Part shown: in pieces, positions 1 to 13,700 of the stretch
Layout of the letters: the number at the start of each line of letters is the position of its first letter
Numbering within the stretch: the first letter of the stretch is position 1
NCBI GenBank assembly: GCA_965649765.1
Contig: OZ287760.1
Span: 2,976,001-3,040,000, forward strand
DNA: 64,000 nt
Direction of reading: 5' to 3'
From: Bispira polyomma
Taxonomy: Eukaryota
Notes under the pieces: generated by a model
Database searches by the model: none
Seen by the model: only the letters and a program-made list of their open reading frames with translations
Told to the model about the DNA's origin: nothing
Program-made: the position numbers and the translations under genes

Positions 1-269
1 TTTGTTCTTTGCTTAAATATTTTTTTTTAATTGGAACAGCATGGCCTAACAAAATTCCACAGCATTATTTTACATGTAGGTATAGTCATTTTAATTTAAG
101 ATAACAAGACAGTTTGATTTTTCACTACCATTTGTTGGGAAAAGTGCAAAAACAACAGATCTGCGTCATCTTTGTTAAGCAATGTTGACGGTTATTAAAT
201 ATCACACAATTAGATTATTGTGGTTCAACTTGACAAATTTATTCCAGTAAAATGATAATATACCATATT

Positions 270-590
270 TATATAGCACCGTATCAATTCAAACGAATGC
301 TATGAAGCATTGAGTGAATATAAAACAGTACTTAGTAAAAACAGTACTTAGTCAAAATTTAATGACCCTGCTTACAGCTAAGGATTTCGCCAATAAAAAG
401 CTATACTTTGTTATTCCAAAGTTATTTTGACATTTAATCAATTTCATTAGCATTTCAAAAGATGTGTTGAGCGTAAAGGGAGACTTGAAGGACACTACAG
501 TCTACAGAGTGTTGGATATTATCTGATAAATTATTTCATAATGCAGCTGTAGATTTGATGAAACATCTGTTGCCATAGGTTGCATTTACA
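270..590 (-). mobile_element. Degenerate L2/CR1-type LINE 3' fragment
   Basis: Minus-strand translation TYGNRCFIKSTAAL*NNLSDNIQ resembles the L2/CR1 ORF2 C-terminal G.R.F...AP.LWN.LP motif. Confidence 0.5.
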
Positions 591-2159
591 TTTTTTTCAC
601 TATTATTTTTTTGTTGATACATTATTCAGCAAATACATGCACAATTCAAAAGGCAATACCAAATTAGCATATTACGATTACAATGTACTGGGTTATCAGT
701 TTATATATCATACACATGCACAGCAAACAATTACTATAACATAACCTAAGTCAATATAAAAATAACATTACAAACATTATTCACAGACGATTAGCAAATA
801 CATGTACAATGAAAAAAAATCAGTGTGTATCCACATCACCATAGAACATCACAAAGATGCTACAAGACAAAACAAAAAAAAAAAGACTTCACATTACAGA
901 TAAACAATCTTATTTAGTATCACCATTGGTAGAACATATGTGAAGCCACCTCACACTTACAGTTTAAAAATTAACTTTATGCCAGTAATGCCTGATTTAG
1001 AAGACAAAGTTAGAGTTTCCACTTGAAACTGAAAAATAATTTATTAACCTGAATTGACATATAACTAATTAAAGTAACACTCATTTGATAACATGTTACG
1101 GAAGTAGTCAGAGGTGTACATTTTCAGACCAATCATTTGACTCCAAGGTGAGGCGATATTGTAGAAATTGCATGGCCCCTTTCATTATTCTGTTGGCTGA
1201 AACTTGTTCCTATTCATAAGAACTGATGACTGATGGTGAGTTTAAAAATTATTTGTTTTTTTTCGTCAAGATACATTTGCAAGGTTTTGACTTGTCACTA
1301 ACTCTTGTCATTCATTCCCATACAGTGATTCAATAACCTCCTACTTATGTGAAACCGACAATGTCCTCATAATCTTGTATCACTGGATCACAGAATTACA
1401 AAACTAACTATGAAGTTTATTACTTATTGCCACCCAAAATTATTAAGCTCTCCTTTTCATATTAAATTATTTAATTACGCTGCTTTTTCTAAAAAAAAGT
1501 CCAAGGTCTAAACTTCAACTTGTCTTTGATCAAGCATAAGGAATATTGAAGCTGAATATTGAAACATTCAAAATCTTGTCAGCGTTACCCTCACTTTGAA
1601 TTAATGTGCATTGCTCAACCTAATGTCCCAAAAGGATTTAAAAGGACGAAGAGCAAAATTAGATTAGCTTAGATTAGCATAGATTAGATTCGCAGTATTA
1701 GAGTGACCAAAGATATCATCCAAATAGCTTTCCACCTGCTTCTAGCATTTAAATTGCAAACAAATCCACTTGGTACAAGTTAAACTTGCCTGCTCTTAAT
1801 GCATATGATGCTAGACCGCTAAAACGTGTGACATATTCATGGAGACAGGAAATATAAGAACGTACAATGGACTGAGTACAAGACCAGAATAAGGAATATA
1901 ATGTAAAATATGAACAACTTGATTTTCCACAAAGCCCTTACAAACAAGACTCGTTAAAGGTAATTTGTTTGCACATCCACTGAATTTAAAGTAAAAATAA
2001 AAGTAAATGGTACGGCTAAGGAGAATTCCTTAAAACTCCTTTCATTTCATATTGATATTTCATATTCGTATTTCACACTTATCACCTCTATCTACCTTCA
2101 TCTGGTATTCAGGCAGTTAAATAACCCTTTTCTGATTGTAACATTCAACTGAATCAGTT

Positions 2160-2425
2160 ACTGTCATTCCCCTAACTGAAGAGAGAGGCTTGAGGATGAC
2201 CATTTATCAAGGTCACCAAGGATAGGTAGCCTGTAAATAGGGGATAGAACACATTACCAGAGGACGACCATTGTAAGCGGTAAGCGGTAATCCGAGCAAC
2301 TACAGAAACACTTGTACACATCTTGCTTAAGGATGTTATCTCAGCAATGAAACTAGCATCCAGTACCAGGAATAGAACCCGGGACCTACTGATCATTAGC
2401 CCAGCTCCCTAACCACTAGACCAGG
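2160..2425 (-). mobile_element. tRNA-derived SINE, family A
   Basis: The minus strand starts TGGTCTAGTGGTTAGGG (A box) ... GGTTCTATTCC (B box). The body aligns by eye with 37046-37298 and 50465-50680. Confidence 0.7.
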
Positions 2426-3725
2426 TGGGAACCAATAAACATATTTATGTACTAATTATACCTACATATGCCACTGTATCAAATGATTAAGATGGATTTC
2501 AATAAAGGTTGTGCACAATAAGATTGAGTCACAGAGTTGTTTCTTTATTTCTTTTTCTAGGTTGTCCATCCTATAATCCATGCCATCCATCTAGACCTAA
2601 GCCACACCCGAATAGAGGTAGGTAAATGGTATAAGTGACACTGAACTTCACAAAATGTGTGTTATTCGCATTGGTTACTAGCCATAGGTTACAGTCTATA
2701 GTTATATAAGGTTTACGAAGGGAAGGTATAACATTTATGAAGGATAGTACATTATGGTCCGTTCGAGGAGATCAGAAAAGTGGAGTAGTTGTTAAAAGTG
2801 TTGTGTATGCAAATGACAGACCTTGTAAAAGTTTACTTTCTGACATATATACATTAGCTAATAAGATAGTGGTTTAGTGTTGGAAGGTGTCAGTCTATCA
2901 AGCTTCTGCAAATAGTTTTATGGAAATGCATATCACTACAGTCTATACCATACATTTAGGTATTATTGAATATTTTGAAGTAACAGTATTTTTTTGACAA
3001 TATGTAATGTGAAAACGAATGACCAGATTTTAAGAAAAATCAACGATATTTTGTAATATCTATTTCTTTTAGCTTGAATATTGAAATATACACTATCTAG
3101 CAATTATTACTGCAAAATTTAAACATTCATATTCAATATTTTATCATATTTCAGTCCAATAAATGTTGTTACATTTGTTTGTATGTTCAAAAATAGTCCA
3201 GACATCATGATTTAACCTTTACACCATCTCTGCATAGTTTTAAATCACATGTATTTTCAGGATGTGGTTGTCATCATCAATATGAGTCATGTGAAAAAAA
3301 AGAACCTGGTTAGTATTGCTTAGAGGTAATTTGTTATGTTTGTATATACTGAACATATATGCTAAAGATGCTAAATATATCATTTCCCCGGTAGCAGGCT
3401 AAAGGATCCGAGGTCATGAAGACAAGGTAAGTAAACACAGAATGCGGTAATTTATTTATTAGACTAAATGTTAGAATCTACTATGTACATGGTGACTTAG
3501 GGTCACCTCAAATAAAGTTAAAACAAGATACTTAAGGTCATCTAAAGTGAAGAATTTGAATTTAGGAATAATAAATAAATTTAGTTAAAGGTCACCTTAT
3601 AATTAATTTAATGTTCGTAATTCCCGAACCAGAAAGAGTTCGAAGGTAAGGTGACCTTAAATCCAATAGAAAAATTTTGACTAGAAATTAATTTTTATGT
3701 AGCTACTGTACTGTAGCAAGACTTG

Positions 3726-5515
3726 ATAAATATGTAAGGGGTATTAGGGGTATCAACTAATACAGTAGAGGGCTGTAATCTAAACATGTAGGTTAATGCC
3801 TGTTGGTGCAATAGTAGGGAAGGCCCAAATATAGTACATTTCCTGTCGTTTGCGTTTCTGTGTACTATTTGGGTCTTCTGTGTGGCCTAGCCATTGCAGT
3901 ACACCAAACTCCATGTCTCTAACAGTATGTTGGTTAGTACTGTAATGTCTGGACACAGGGGTCAGTTTATTCTGACCAGGTTTAGTGACACTTGCTCCAT
4001 GTTCATACATTCTGTTTCTGAGGGGTCTTTTAGTCTCCCCTATGTACTGTAATCCACATTTTTTGCATGTGATTACATAAATGACATTCTTGAGTTCACA
4101 AGTAAGTCTGGGATTAGGTGGAATAGATATGCATTTGAACTGCTTATTGGTGTGGTGGCTGATGATATGATCCACTTTTTTTATGAGTGGACAATAAGTA
4201 CATTTTCCAAGTCTTGTACAAACTGTGGGTATAGTTTTAATAGTTGTACTGTTTACTGGAGGGTAGCAAATCTTAGAACTTGATAATTGGTCCCTAGGGT
4301 TGGTAATCTCCTGTAACCTATTATGGGAGGTTCAGTGAAGATATTGGCAAGGCCATCAGTATTCTGGATGATGTTCCAGTTTTTGTTGATTATTTCCCTG
4401 ATGTTGGGGTTATTTGGGTTATACTGAGTTACCATGACAGGGTTGTCCGTCACTGGTTTGGTGGTTTTTTGTAGGAGTTCATCTTGGGTGAATTGAGATG
4501 CCCTTTTATAATGTTTGGTGAGGTTCTGTTTGGAGTAGCCTCTAGCCAAATAGAACTTAGTGAGATTTTGGGCATTTTGCTCAAAGTCAACGTCTAGGGT
4601 ACAGACCCTTCTGAGACAAAGATATTGTCCATAAGGTCCTTTTGATAGGGTGACCCTTGGGTGGGCTGAGGTGTGATGGAGGTACAGGTGGGTATCTGTA
4701 GGTTTGGTGAATAGTGTTGTGATTAGGTCCCTGTTTGGGCCTAATTTAACAGTTGTGTCTAAGAAATTAATGGTGTGGTGATTGTATTCATGAGTGAATT
4801 TGATGGTTGGGTGGATGGAGTTTAGATACTCAAAAAATTGTATGAGCGAATTTTCTCCATGTGTCCAGATCATGAATATGTCATCAATAAATCTCTTATA
4901 CACAAATGGTTTAAGGGGGTAATTTTTATGGCTTTGGTTTCGAACCTGTCCATAAAAATATTGGCATAATTTGGGGCCAAGGCAGTACCCATTGCTGTGC
5001 CTCCTATTTGGAGGAAGTGGTCTCCATTAAACTCAAAGTTCATACTATGGAGTACTAATTTCAAGAGATCCAAGATGTATTTGGCTATTGGGGACTTGGT
5101 GGGGTCCTTCCTTAATTGGTCTGCTACAGCATTAATACCTTCATTATTTGGTATGTTGGTGTAGAGAGAGGACACATCAAGTGTGACTAGAAGTGATCCT
5201 TCAGGAATTGGGCCTAAGTCCTTTATTTTGTGAATGAAATCTTGGGTGTCTCTGATGTAAGACTTGGTAAGGGGGACATATTTCTTAATATGCTCATCCA
5301 CAAATTTGCTGATTCTGCAAGTAGGGTGGTTTACAGAACTACAAATAAGTCTGCCAGGTGCATTCTTCTTATGAATTTTTGGCAAGAGGTAGAATCTACC
5401 TTCAGTACAGTTTTTTGGTGTCAAGTATTCGAAGTTGTCCTCTGTGATCAACTTTGAGTTCCTTAGCTTGGTCAAGGTTTCAGTAACTTGATCAGAGATT
5501 TTATCTGTTATGTCA
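3726..5515 (-). mobile_element. Penelope-like element (Neptune-type), 5'-truncated RT + GIY-YIG endonuclease, frameshifted
   Basis: RT motifs LDVSSLYTNIP, GTAMGTALAPNYANIFM and RFIDDIF; linker CTRLGKCTYCP; C-terminal GIY-YIG NVIYVITCKKCGLQYIGET..LRNRMYEH (3780-4175). Flanked by GTAGCAAGACTTG at 3713-3725 and 5516-5528. Confidence 0.92.
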
Positions 5516-5869
5516 GTAGCAAGACTTGGCTTACCCAAGTGTTTTAGTTGAAACTACAAAAGTATTTAAAGTTACCTTGAGTATGTAGCTACTGTACTGT
5601 AGCTAAATAATGGGATCATAGCCATTATTTACAGTATAATAAGTTAGACTTCACATAGACTTAATAGAAGAGAAGACAGAAGTCAGTTTAACAAAGTATA
5701 ATTACATAATACTGTTAAGCTTACGCAATAACTTACGTTTTTGCGACAAAGGTAATATGTGAAAGGAGTGATAACTAAAATTACGTAATTGTTTTACATA
5801 ACCATTAATTATTACATAAGAGAGGAGTAGATTTAAAGTACAACCAGCCAAACCCCAATGAAGTAGGAG

Positions 5870-6873
5870 CTAGGAGGTGGAAGGCAACAAGTGATGTCTA
5901 AAGGAATCAGCTACCTGATTACCAGCGTCCACAGTATCAGTAACATATCTCCAAACGCAGTCCGACGTCCAGGTGCCATGTTTTTGAATATTTTGAATGC
6001 TTACATTATGGTTGAAGGCAAAGGTGGCACCTGAACGACGGAAAGCGTGGAAGGTGAGGCCAGAATCTTGCAGTTTAAGTTTTAGCAATATGTCTTTAAA
6101 ATGACGACGCACTCTGGTAGACACCAGAATGGCAGAATGGCGGAATCCAAACATTGTTAACCTTAATTAGGAACAATGGAGAGTTAGGTCCCGAAGGGGT
6201 GAGCCTCATTAAAGCCTTCAGTGAATCCACACGGCACAACAGTGAGCCAGGTAACCGGGGAACAGTGAGTAATTTAATTTGGTTATTACTTTGCATGGTT
6301 TTTGACCACTTGATAAGGATAACAGCCTTATCAGGGTGCAAAAGGACATCAGCTCTGGCTAGATGCCTAAGAGGAGAAAAGTGTGAGACTGAATGGGGAA
6401 CCAGGTTTGAGAGTCTAAGAAATGAGAAAAAGCTAAGCAAGTATAATGCTTTAAATACTAAACCCATGTACGTTGAGTGTGACAAAGACACGATATTTTG
6501 CAAAGTTGAAATATCTATGATATTCTTGAGTTTGACTTGAAGGGGGATGGATAGTTGTACAGCCTTCTGGTAATAGGCTATGTGCGGATCACTGAAGGCC
6601 TGAATGGGAACATTATATACTATTAATTTGGCCTTGATGGCAGACAAATAGTTTGCCATATGAGCAGGTTTGACTACATTAAAGTGTGAAACTTCTAAAA
6701 AAACCATAATATATGAAACGCAGTCACCTGATGTATAGGCCAATCCATAAAGACCATGAAGGCCAAGTACACTCTAAACATGGCTCTGTAAGACCTGGCA
6801 GTGGACCTGCAGAAGGCCAGGTGGAGCTTTTTAGTAGCATTGTGATACAGTTGTTTTTGCAAAGGAGTCTTAT
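5870..6873 (-). pseudogene. YR-A tyrosine recombinase (frameshifted)
   Basis: Catalytic motifs FLRLSNL, HAFRR, HGTW and VWRY. The frame begins right after the acceptor-like TATTTCAG with no ATG at the homologous start. Confidence 0.92.
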
Positions 6874-6919
6874 CTGAAATACAGGTTGGTACAAGGAAGA
6901 CGAGCTTAACAATTTAACA

Positions 6920-8819
6920 TTATATTGTGTTATCTAGTAGTAAATGTTGGTCAGTCACAGGGCACCACTGCACTGGACCTACAAGTGTATGTAATTTAGC
7001 ATGGTTTTGTGTAGAATTCTCCCATCTGGACAGCAGATCTGCAGTTGTGTTATGGTCACCTAATATATGTATAACTTGTAACTCAATGTCATGATGGCTA
7101 ACCAGCATAAAGATGTTACGTGAGTACAAAGCCAGGATACTATCTTTAGTACGACCATTTGCAAGTACACTAACCACAGCCTGGTTATCACATTTTATGA
7201 GCACTTTTTGGCCTTGCCAAAGGGGCCCCCACAGTTTTAAGGCAACAAAGATGTTTAGCATCTCTAGGGAGCCAATATTAAGGTTTTGTAATTCATGGGG
7301 TACTGTCAAGGCGTAGACTTTATTACCAAAGAACCCCCCATGCCTGTAAAACAGGCATCCAATTCTACAGTGGCTGTAATGGGGTTATGGTGGAAAAAAG
7401 AAACACCATTGAATTTTTTCAGAAAGGTACGAAACCAACTCAAATCTTTCATGAATTCAGTAGAGACTTTGAAAGTTTTTGCCTTGTAGTTACTCCTAAG
7501 GAGATGCAACATACGGTTCAAGAAAATTTTTGAATATTTAACACATTTTGACACGTAGAGAAGGGACCCCAATAGACATTGGAGTTCCCTTTTCGTACAA
7601 TGTTTCTTTCCAGCCCACTTGTCACACAAGGCTTGGATAGTAATTAATTTTTCCTCAGGAATAGAAGTAGTGAATTCGACCGTATCTATGACTATACCAA
7701 GACAAGTAACGCGCATGGCAGGAGGGACTAACTTTTTGTCACTCAAGGTGAGACCCAATTCTGTCAGTGGGCTTTGCAATCACTGGTATGTGGTATATAT
7801 TTTAGATGGAACTGAGCTTAAGTCAATTATAACATGACGGTTGGAAGAGCTGGACTTGTCGCGAGTCATGAAAGGGGAAGTGTATAAATTTAAAATTGGT
7901 GGCACATCAAAGGGACCATACATGGCCCCTAATTTACATTCTTCCTTCAAGTAATGCCTGACATGGTTGGGGTACTGATTAGCAGAGGAATGGTTTTTAA
8001 GATCAGACTCAAAGTCGCCCTTGTCACTACAGTCGAGAGGAAAACCGAATTTTATAAGCAAGGGGAGCTCCCAATCCCAGTAGTCCCTCAAATAGGCAGC
8101 CCACACTGGAGCATTTAATTGAGAAGCGACAGGGATCTGCAGCCCCCGGTAGTTAGGGCGGCCGTCCTCCTGCAAACACTTGTGAAGTGCAAAGACATTA
8201 GTAAAACTTCGTTTCTGAGCATTATCTGAAAGTTTTTCACCCCAGGACGACAGGGCAATGAAACCAAATTTTCCACTGTTTTGCACGTCCCATATTTTAA
8301 AAGTATCACACTCTTTAGCATCATTAAGTGTTTTGCGCTTATCAAGTGAGCGACACATGTCCAGAACATATTGATCGTCAGTTAAATCATTGTTTTCATT
8401 GGGTTTTTCCTGGGGGCTGACACCTTTGTATTTCTATTAATTGTTGTCTTTGTTGGCATCCCCAGTTCAGAAAAGGGGGCCTCTAGACAATCAACCAATT
8501 TAGTGTCACTTCCCCCCTCCCCACAAGGGGTGTCTAGCATTTCATACCGATTGGAAAGTGGTAATTGAAAACCCGTGTCAACACTTGTAGGTTTACCCCC
8601 TCCCTTACCCACGGCAGAAATTCATTTTGGGGTCTTGCCAATCACTTCATTTTTTAACAGTACATCTCTATATGATTTGTGCACAACCTGATTAAAACAA
8701 GCATACTGCTTGGAACACACATTAGTTAACAATTTAAAATCCTTAAATTCTGAATTATATACAACCTTACTAAAGACTGTCATACCCACTGCATCACTGC
8801 AGTGGGTCCTCAGTTTTTT
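6920..8819 (-). pseudogene. YR-A pol (RT/RNase H), RT catalytic core deleted
   Basis: SPFMTRDK..RHVIIDLS jumps directly to the post-YxDD region LGLTLSDKK. RNase H motifs LDAC, LEMLNI, CDNQAVV and N..ADLLSR are present. Confidence 0.9.
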
Positions 8820-9823
8820 TACCCCTTTTTTGAACATAATTTTGTTTGGTGAGGACCATCACAAGTCTAACAACAGTGTTTGAAAAGCTGGCCCGAAGTT
8901 CGGTGAGTGGCGTTAAACTTACAGGTACCCTCCTGGAAAAATCTACAGTGCACACCTTGTGTTTTAACCTGAGCTGTCTGCTTGTTACTAGTACTAGACT
9001 TTGACCCAGAACCAGCACTACTCGAGATATGACGTTGGGCATGTGCCTGGCGAAAGCGATCAACTTTATCTACATCCGTCCATTTAAGTCGGTCTAGTTC
9101 CATATTTGTCAGTAATATAGCATGAGAGGGTTTGGCGGCTTCCCATGAAAAGTCGTGGGCGTCGTCCATAAGATTTGCTAAATACTCAAGCATAGCTTCC
9201 TTAATCTCAGGGGACTTTTGTTCCTGCACACATTTCACAAATCCAGAAATAAATTGAACCAATGTTAAATCGTCGTAAGTAGGTCGAACCTTCTTAGCTC
9301 CAGAAAGAACAAAATTCTGGGGCCAATCTACCGCCTTCTTTATAGGGGCATCAGAACCACCTCGTTGGGATTTTAATTTACCTGCTCCCATTAACTGATT
9401 AAGCTGTTGGAGCTGCAGTAACCGTTGATCCACTTGTGTTTGTAAATTTTCATTAGAACGCAAATAATCTAATGAAGGGACTATAGCCTCGGCTACTGGC
9501 TCTACCACGCTAGGAACGACTACACTAGGAACAACATTAACACTGTTTGTAGGTAAAGTACTACATGCCTGATTGGCGCTGGGTGGGCACAGCGCCGCCT
9601 CCGTTACCTTCAGGCGTTGGTCCATGCTGTCCATTTTGCTATTCAATGATTGAAGCTGTTGCAGAATTAAGTCAGAAACTGAATCAGAAATCTCACCAGC
9701 TATGGAACCAACCGTGGGCACATCATCAGCGACGCTGGCATCCACAAACCGATACTTTTTGCCAACAGGCCGTTCATGTTTTCTCATACACGTATTACAC
9801 TGATATTCCCTTTTAGGAGGCAT
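8810..9823 (-). pseudogene. YR-A gag-like ORF
   Basis: N-terminal CNTC-x3-H-x2-P knuckle, coiled-coil segment, KSQRGG..W.PQ and MDDAHDFSWE.AK motifs, C-terminal CRFFQEGTC..HCC Zn finger. Homologous to the YR-B and YR-C gags; premature stops near the end. Confidence 0.85.
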
Positions 9824-10724
9824 GATCAATGATTAAAATAAGGCTTAAAACATTAAAATTGGGTAGTAAACGCTCAGTTGTAAAAGCACTGTTATTGTGA
9901 CAAGTTAAAGTTTTAATGATGGCGCTGGTTGGGCGCCAAACCCTTTTATGTGTGCCCTCGTGACCTCCGGTGGCCTAATTGGCACCCCAGTAGCCTGGTA
10001 CCAGAACTGAGGGTGCTGACAACCTGGTGTCAGCCCACCAAAATATATACCATCACTTTTTATTGTTCTTATTTTCAGAGCCAGAAGTTGTTTGTGATCC
10101 ATGTAAACTAATCCACAGACGTATCAGTAAGTAGCATGCATTGGCTTACTGGTAAATTTGGGAAAGCCGGTTTTCTGATTAAGTAGTGATCATTAAGCCG
10201 GTTTCCCTGTGTAGTCCTGCTGTTCTGCAAGATTAAAACAATGTGAATAACACTATCCAGATTTGTCCGACAAATGAGCTACAAATGACAACATATTAGC
10301 CTATGTATGAAGCTTAATTGTAAGTTTGTGTACCTTCATTGCATAACGATATTGTTCCTAGATGTCAGTGCTCTTCAATGGCGCATAATCAATACTAGAA
10401 GTGTTTGATTTAGCACAAAAACTCTGTGATCGTCTGTGCCTTAGCGTTATTGGCATAAGGCCTTGGTTTTAATCACAGGAAATAGGTGATTACCTGTTGG
10501 CTGCAGAGAACAGATCAAAAACGAAATGCATATGTATTAAGTATGTGTAGTTTGTAACATAGTCCCTGACAAAAGCATCTAAATATCAGTACACACATGT
10601 TTTGAAACCAGAATCTCACTCATGAAAGTGGATTCCTCCACAAAAGCACATTTTGTAAACAAAAACAGATAATGCACTAATTTTATCTTAAGTTTTAGCT
10701 TCTATATAATAATATTCCTGACAG

Positions 10725-13700
10725 CCCCAAGTCGTTCCATCAATGGAGAGGTAGTACCATCATGTCCACCATCAGAGCCGAAGTGTGTCATTGTCTTGAG
10801 GCTAACTCAAATAATGACCATGATGATTTACAAAGGTATGTACCAAAAGGTATGACATACTACATCAGGTTTGTTCCTAAGGTATGACATAATACATAAG
10901 GTATGTACCAAAAGGTATGACATAATACATTAGGTATGTACCAAAAGATATCACATAATACATAAAGTATGTCCCAAAAGGTATGACTAAATACATAAGG
11001 TATGTACCAAAGGGTATGATATAACACATAATATATGTACCAAAATGTTTGACTTAATACATCAGGTATGAACCAAAAGGTATGACTTAATACATCAGGT
11101 GTTTCAAATATACACCCTACTGTTTGTGTAGACAACTTTACCCAATAAATTTAACAAGTTTCATCCAAAAATTAGGCTGGTGTGTCTAAGCAAGCTTTTC
11201 CAGAGTTGTGTAAGAAACAAGTTTGGAGCAAGTTTCACAGTAAATCAAAACCGATTTTTAATTAACCCATGAAGGCTCAATTATGATGCACTCCATAATG
11301 TTTAAATCCCCCCCCCCCCACCCCCTACTTTTAATTTGTACTCCAAAAGTGATGCTGCAGCAAAAGAGTTACTGTTTAGTTTATTATGGCCACTCTTATT
11401 AAATCTTGTATCCATTGCTTAAATATTATCTTTTTAACTCTATGCTAACATTAATTGGGCAGGAAGGTAATATTAAATAAGCATAATTATTACATTTAGA
11501 ACAGATAATATTAGTCATTTCAGGATAGACCAAATGGCATATCATTGTTTCAATGGGCAAATCTAACAAAACAGATTGTTTCTCCATTTACATTTAATTC
11601 AGTGTGTGGAGGCTGGTAATTTGGAGCATCAATTTTTGTTGTTGAGTTATTCCATTTCTTAATCTATTTTACCATAGCAAATATTTAATTTTTTTAATTG
11701 AGATATCTTGGGACAACAGCTTTGCCAGGAAATTGGTTATGAAATATGTATTTATATAATATAAGTTTACCATAAACGTTTCAATTTTTAATTTGCAAAA
11801 TTGTTGAAATAGTTAATAGTGGTTGTTTTTGCTAAGAACACGAAGACCTCCACATCCTACTTGTTAAATGTACTTGCTTTAAAATCACTGGTGTGTCATC
11901 AATGTTGGATATGACTGACGTGGTTGATAAAAAACACTCATATTTGATGGCCAATTTCAATTTCATTGACATGTAACTATATTGTGAGAGAGTGATAAGA
12001 TGGGTGATGATTCATATTTATGTAAGATAAGCGGTCAGTAATTTATCATGCATGATAATGTGAACCAGACAAATTGCAAACACATGATTTTATTACAATC
12101 AATAGTTTCTCATCAGACCAATTTCTGACAAAAAAGACGTGTAATAATTTGATTTAAAATACAATTTAAACAGTTGTGATGTGTTTTAGATGGCAAGGGA
12201 ACTCTACTGATACTCAAGGATGGCTGTTTTCTCAAAATAACTGACTGTAACCAAACGGAACCCGCCACTTTAGAAGGTAACACAGTTAAACTGTCAATGG
12301 AAATATTTTAAATTGAACATTTCATTTCGATTCTTTGGATTTTTTAACCGTTTTTTTTTTTGTACAGTTCATTTAACTTTAGCTATTTTACAATTTAGGA
12401 TTTATATAACTAATGGTTCCTAAAAAGACAAACATTTGATTGCATATATATATTATTTGCATTTTTATTATTTGTGCTGTTTCATTTTATTTTAAAACAG
12501 TTGAAAAAATGAAATATGTAAATAATGTAGCAGGAAAATCCCTTTTGATGAAATCTGCATCATTCTATATGTTTCATGGAGGTAGGTTATTTTCAGATCT
12601 TGACCAAGTCATCCTAGCTGATGGTAAACAGAAGTATGTGATGACTGTCAATGGACAAGTGCCCGGTCCATCAATAGTGGTGTATGAGAATCAAACCGTG
12701 GAGGTTGTGGTGCACAATGACATGATAGCTGAGGGGACAGGCATCCACTGGCATGGACTTTTTCAGATTGGCACTCCCTGGATGGACGGGGTCACTAGTG
12801 TCACCCAGTGTCCTATCAATATCCAAGAAAATTTTGTTTACAGGTAGGCGGTCCTATGAAGATCTTGTCTATTATACGTGTACATGTTACCTATAAAAAT
12901 GCCTATATTTATCACAAGTAAACCTTCAGCATATATTCTTATATCGGTTTATCACACTTATGAAAAACTATTTATTATTTAGCAAAAAAACTTCGATTAG
13001 TTATACAACTTATGAAATACTTTTTTGTTATGTAATTTTTTTTACGTTAAAGTAATGATTTTAGACTATAGTAAAGCTGTATTGAAAGCTAATTCTTTGA
13101 ACTAATGGAACTCCTTTTTGTTTATATCACAGTTGGCTGTATGTGGTTATGCAGAAAATAAGCTCAGAAAAATATGTAAATATTGTAATAAAAATAATAT
13201 TTAGAATAAATGTTTGCAAATTCCACTCGGTACATGGGCCAATCGTGAAACACACAAAAATATGGTGTTCTATTTCAGCATAGTTATGATTTGATCTGTA
13301 TGACACCTTAATACTTCAATATGTATCACTAGTGTAAGTCAGGGTTTGCTAAATATAGTGTTGATGACAGTGTTGTAACTCAGCATCCTATAAACATACA
13401 TTGTCTGTGTTCAATAAATATGCACAGTCCCCATATAAATAAACAAACAAAGCCACCAAATAAACAGGACACTAGTCTAACAAAGCACTATTCACTACCT
13501 CATCAGATTGCTTCCACATAATTGTGGAAAAAGAGATGTATCACAGATGTATTTCGATTAGTATACGTATTGTCTGGGAAAATATAAGAATCCAAAACAT
13601 TACAATTATATTTGGCCTTTATATTTAATTGTCAAATATAATAGGTATTATTAAGATAGGTTAAATGAGTTTAGTTATTATTTTTTTATTGATTTATTTT

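Larger units (their letters stand above)
3380..10210 (-). mobile_element. YR-A: DIRS-order (Ngaro/PAT-like) tyrosine-recombinase retrotransposon, decayed, with a nested Penelope-like insert
   Basis: gag - RT/RNaseH - YR order on the minus strand. The 3' palindrome array and terminal TTACTTACC...ACCGGG motif are shared with YR-C. Outer boundaries are approximate. Confidence 0.9.

Noticed and set aside
920-1650. Possible decayed DNA-transposon or Polinton coding remnant
   Set aside because: Only a weak GY..TVWE-like string with stops; not enough to assign.
10362-10540. Possible laccase signal-peptide exon (VIVCALALLA)
   Set aside because: The phase-compatible frame contains four stop codons.
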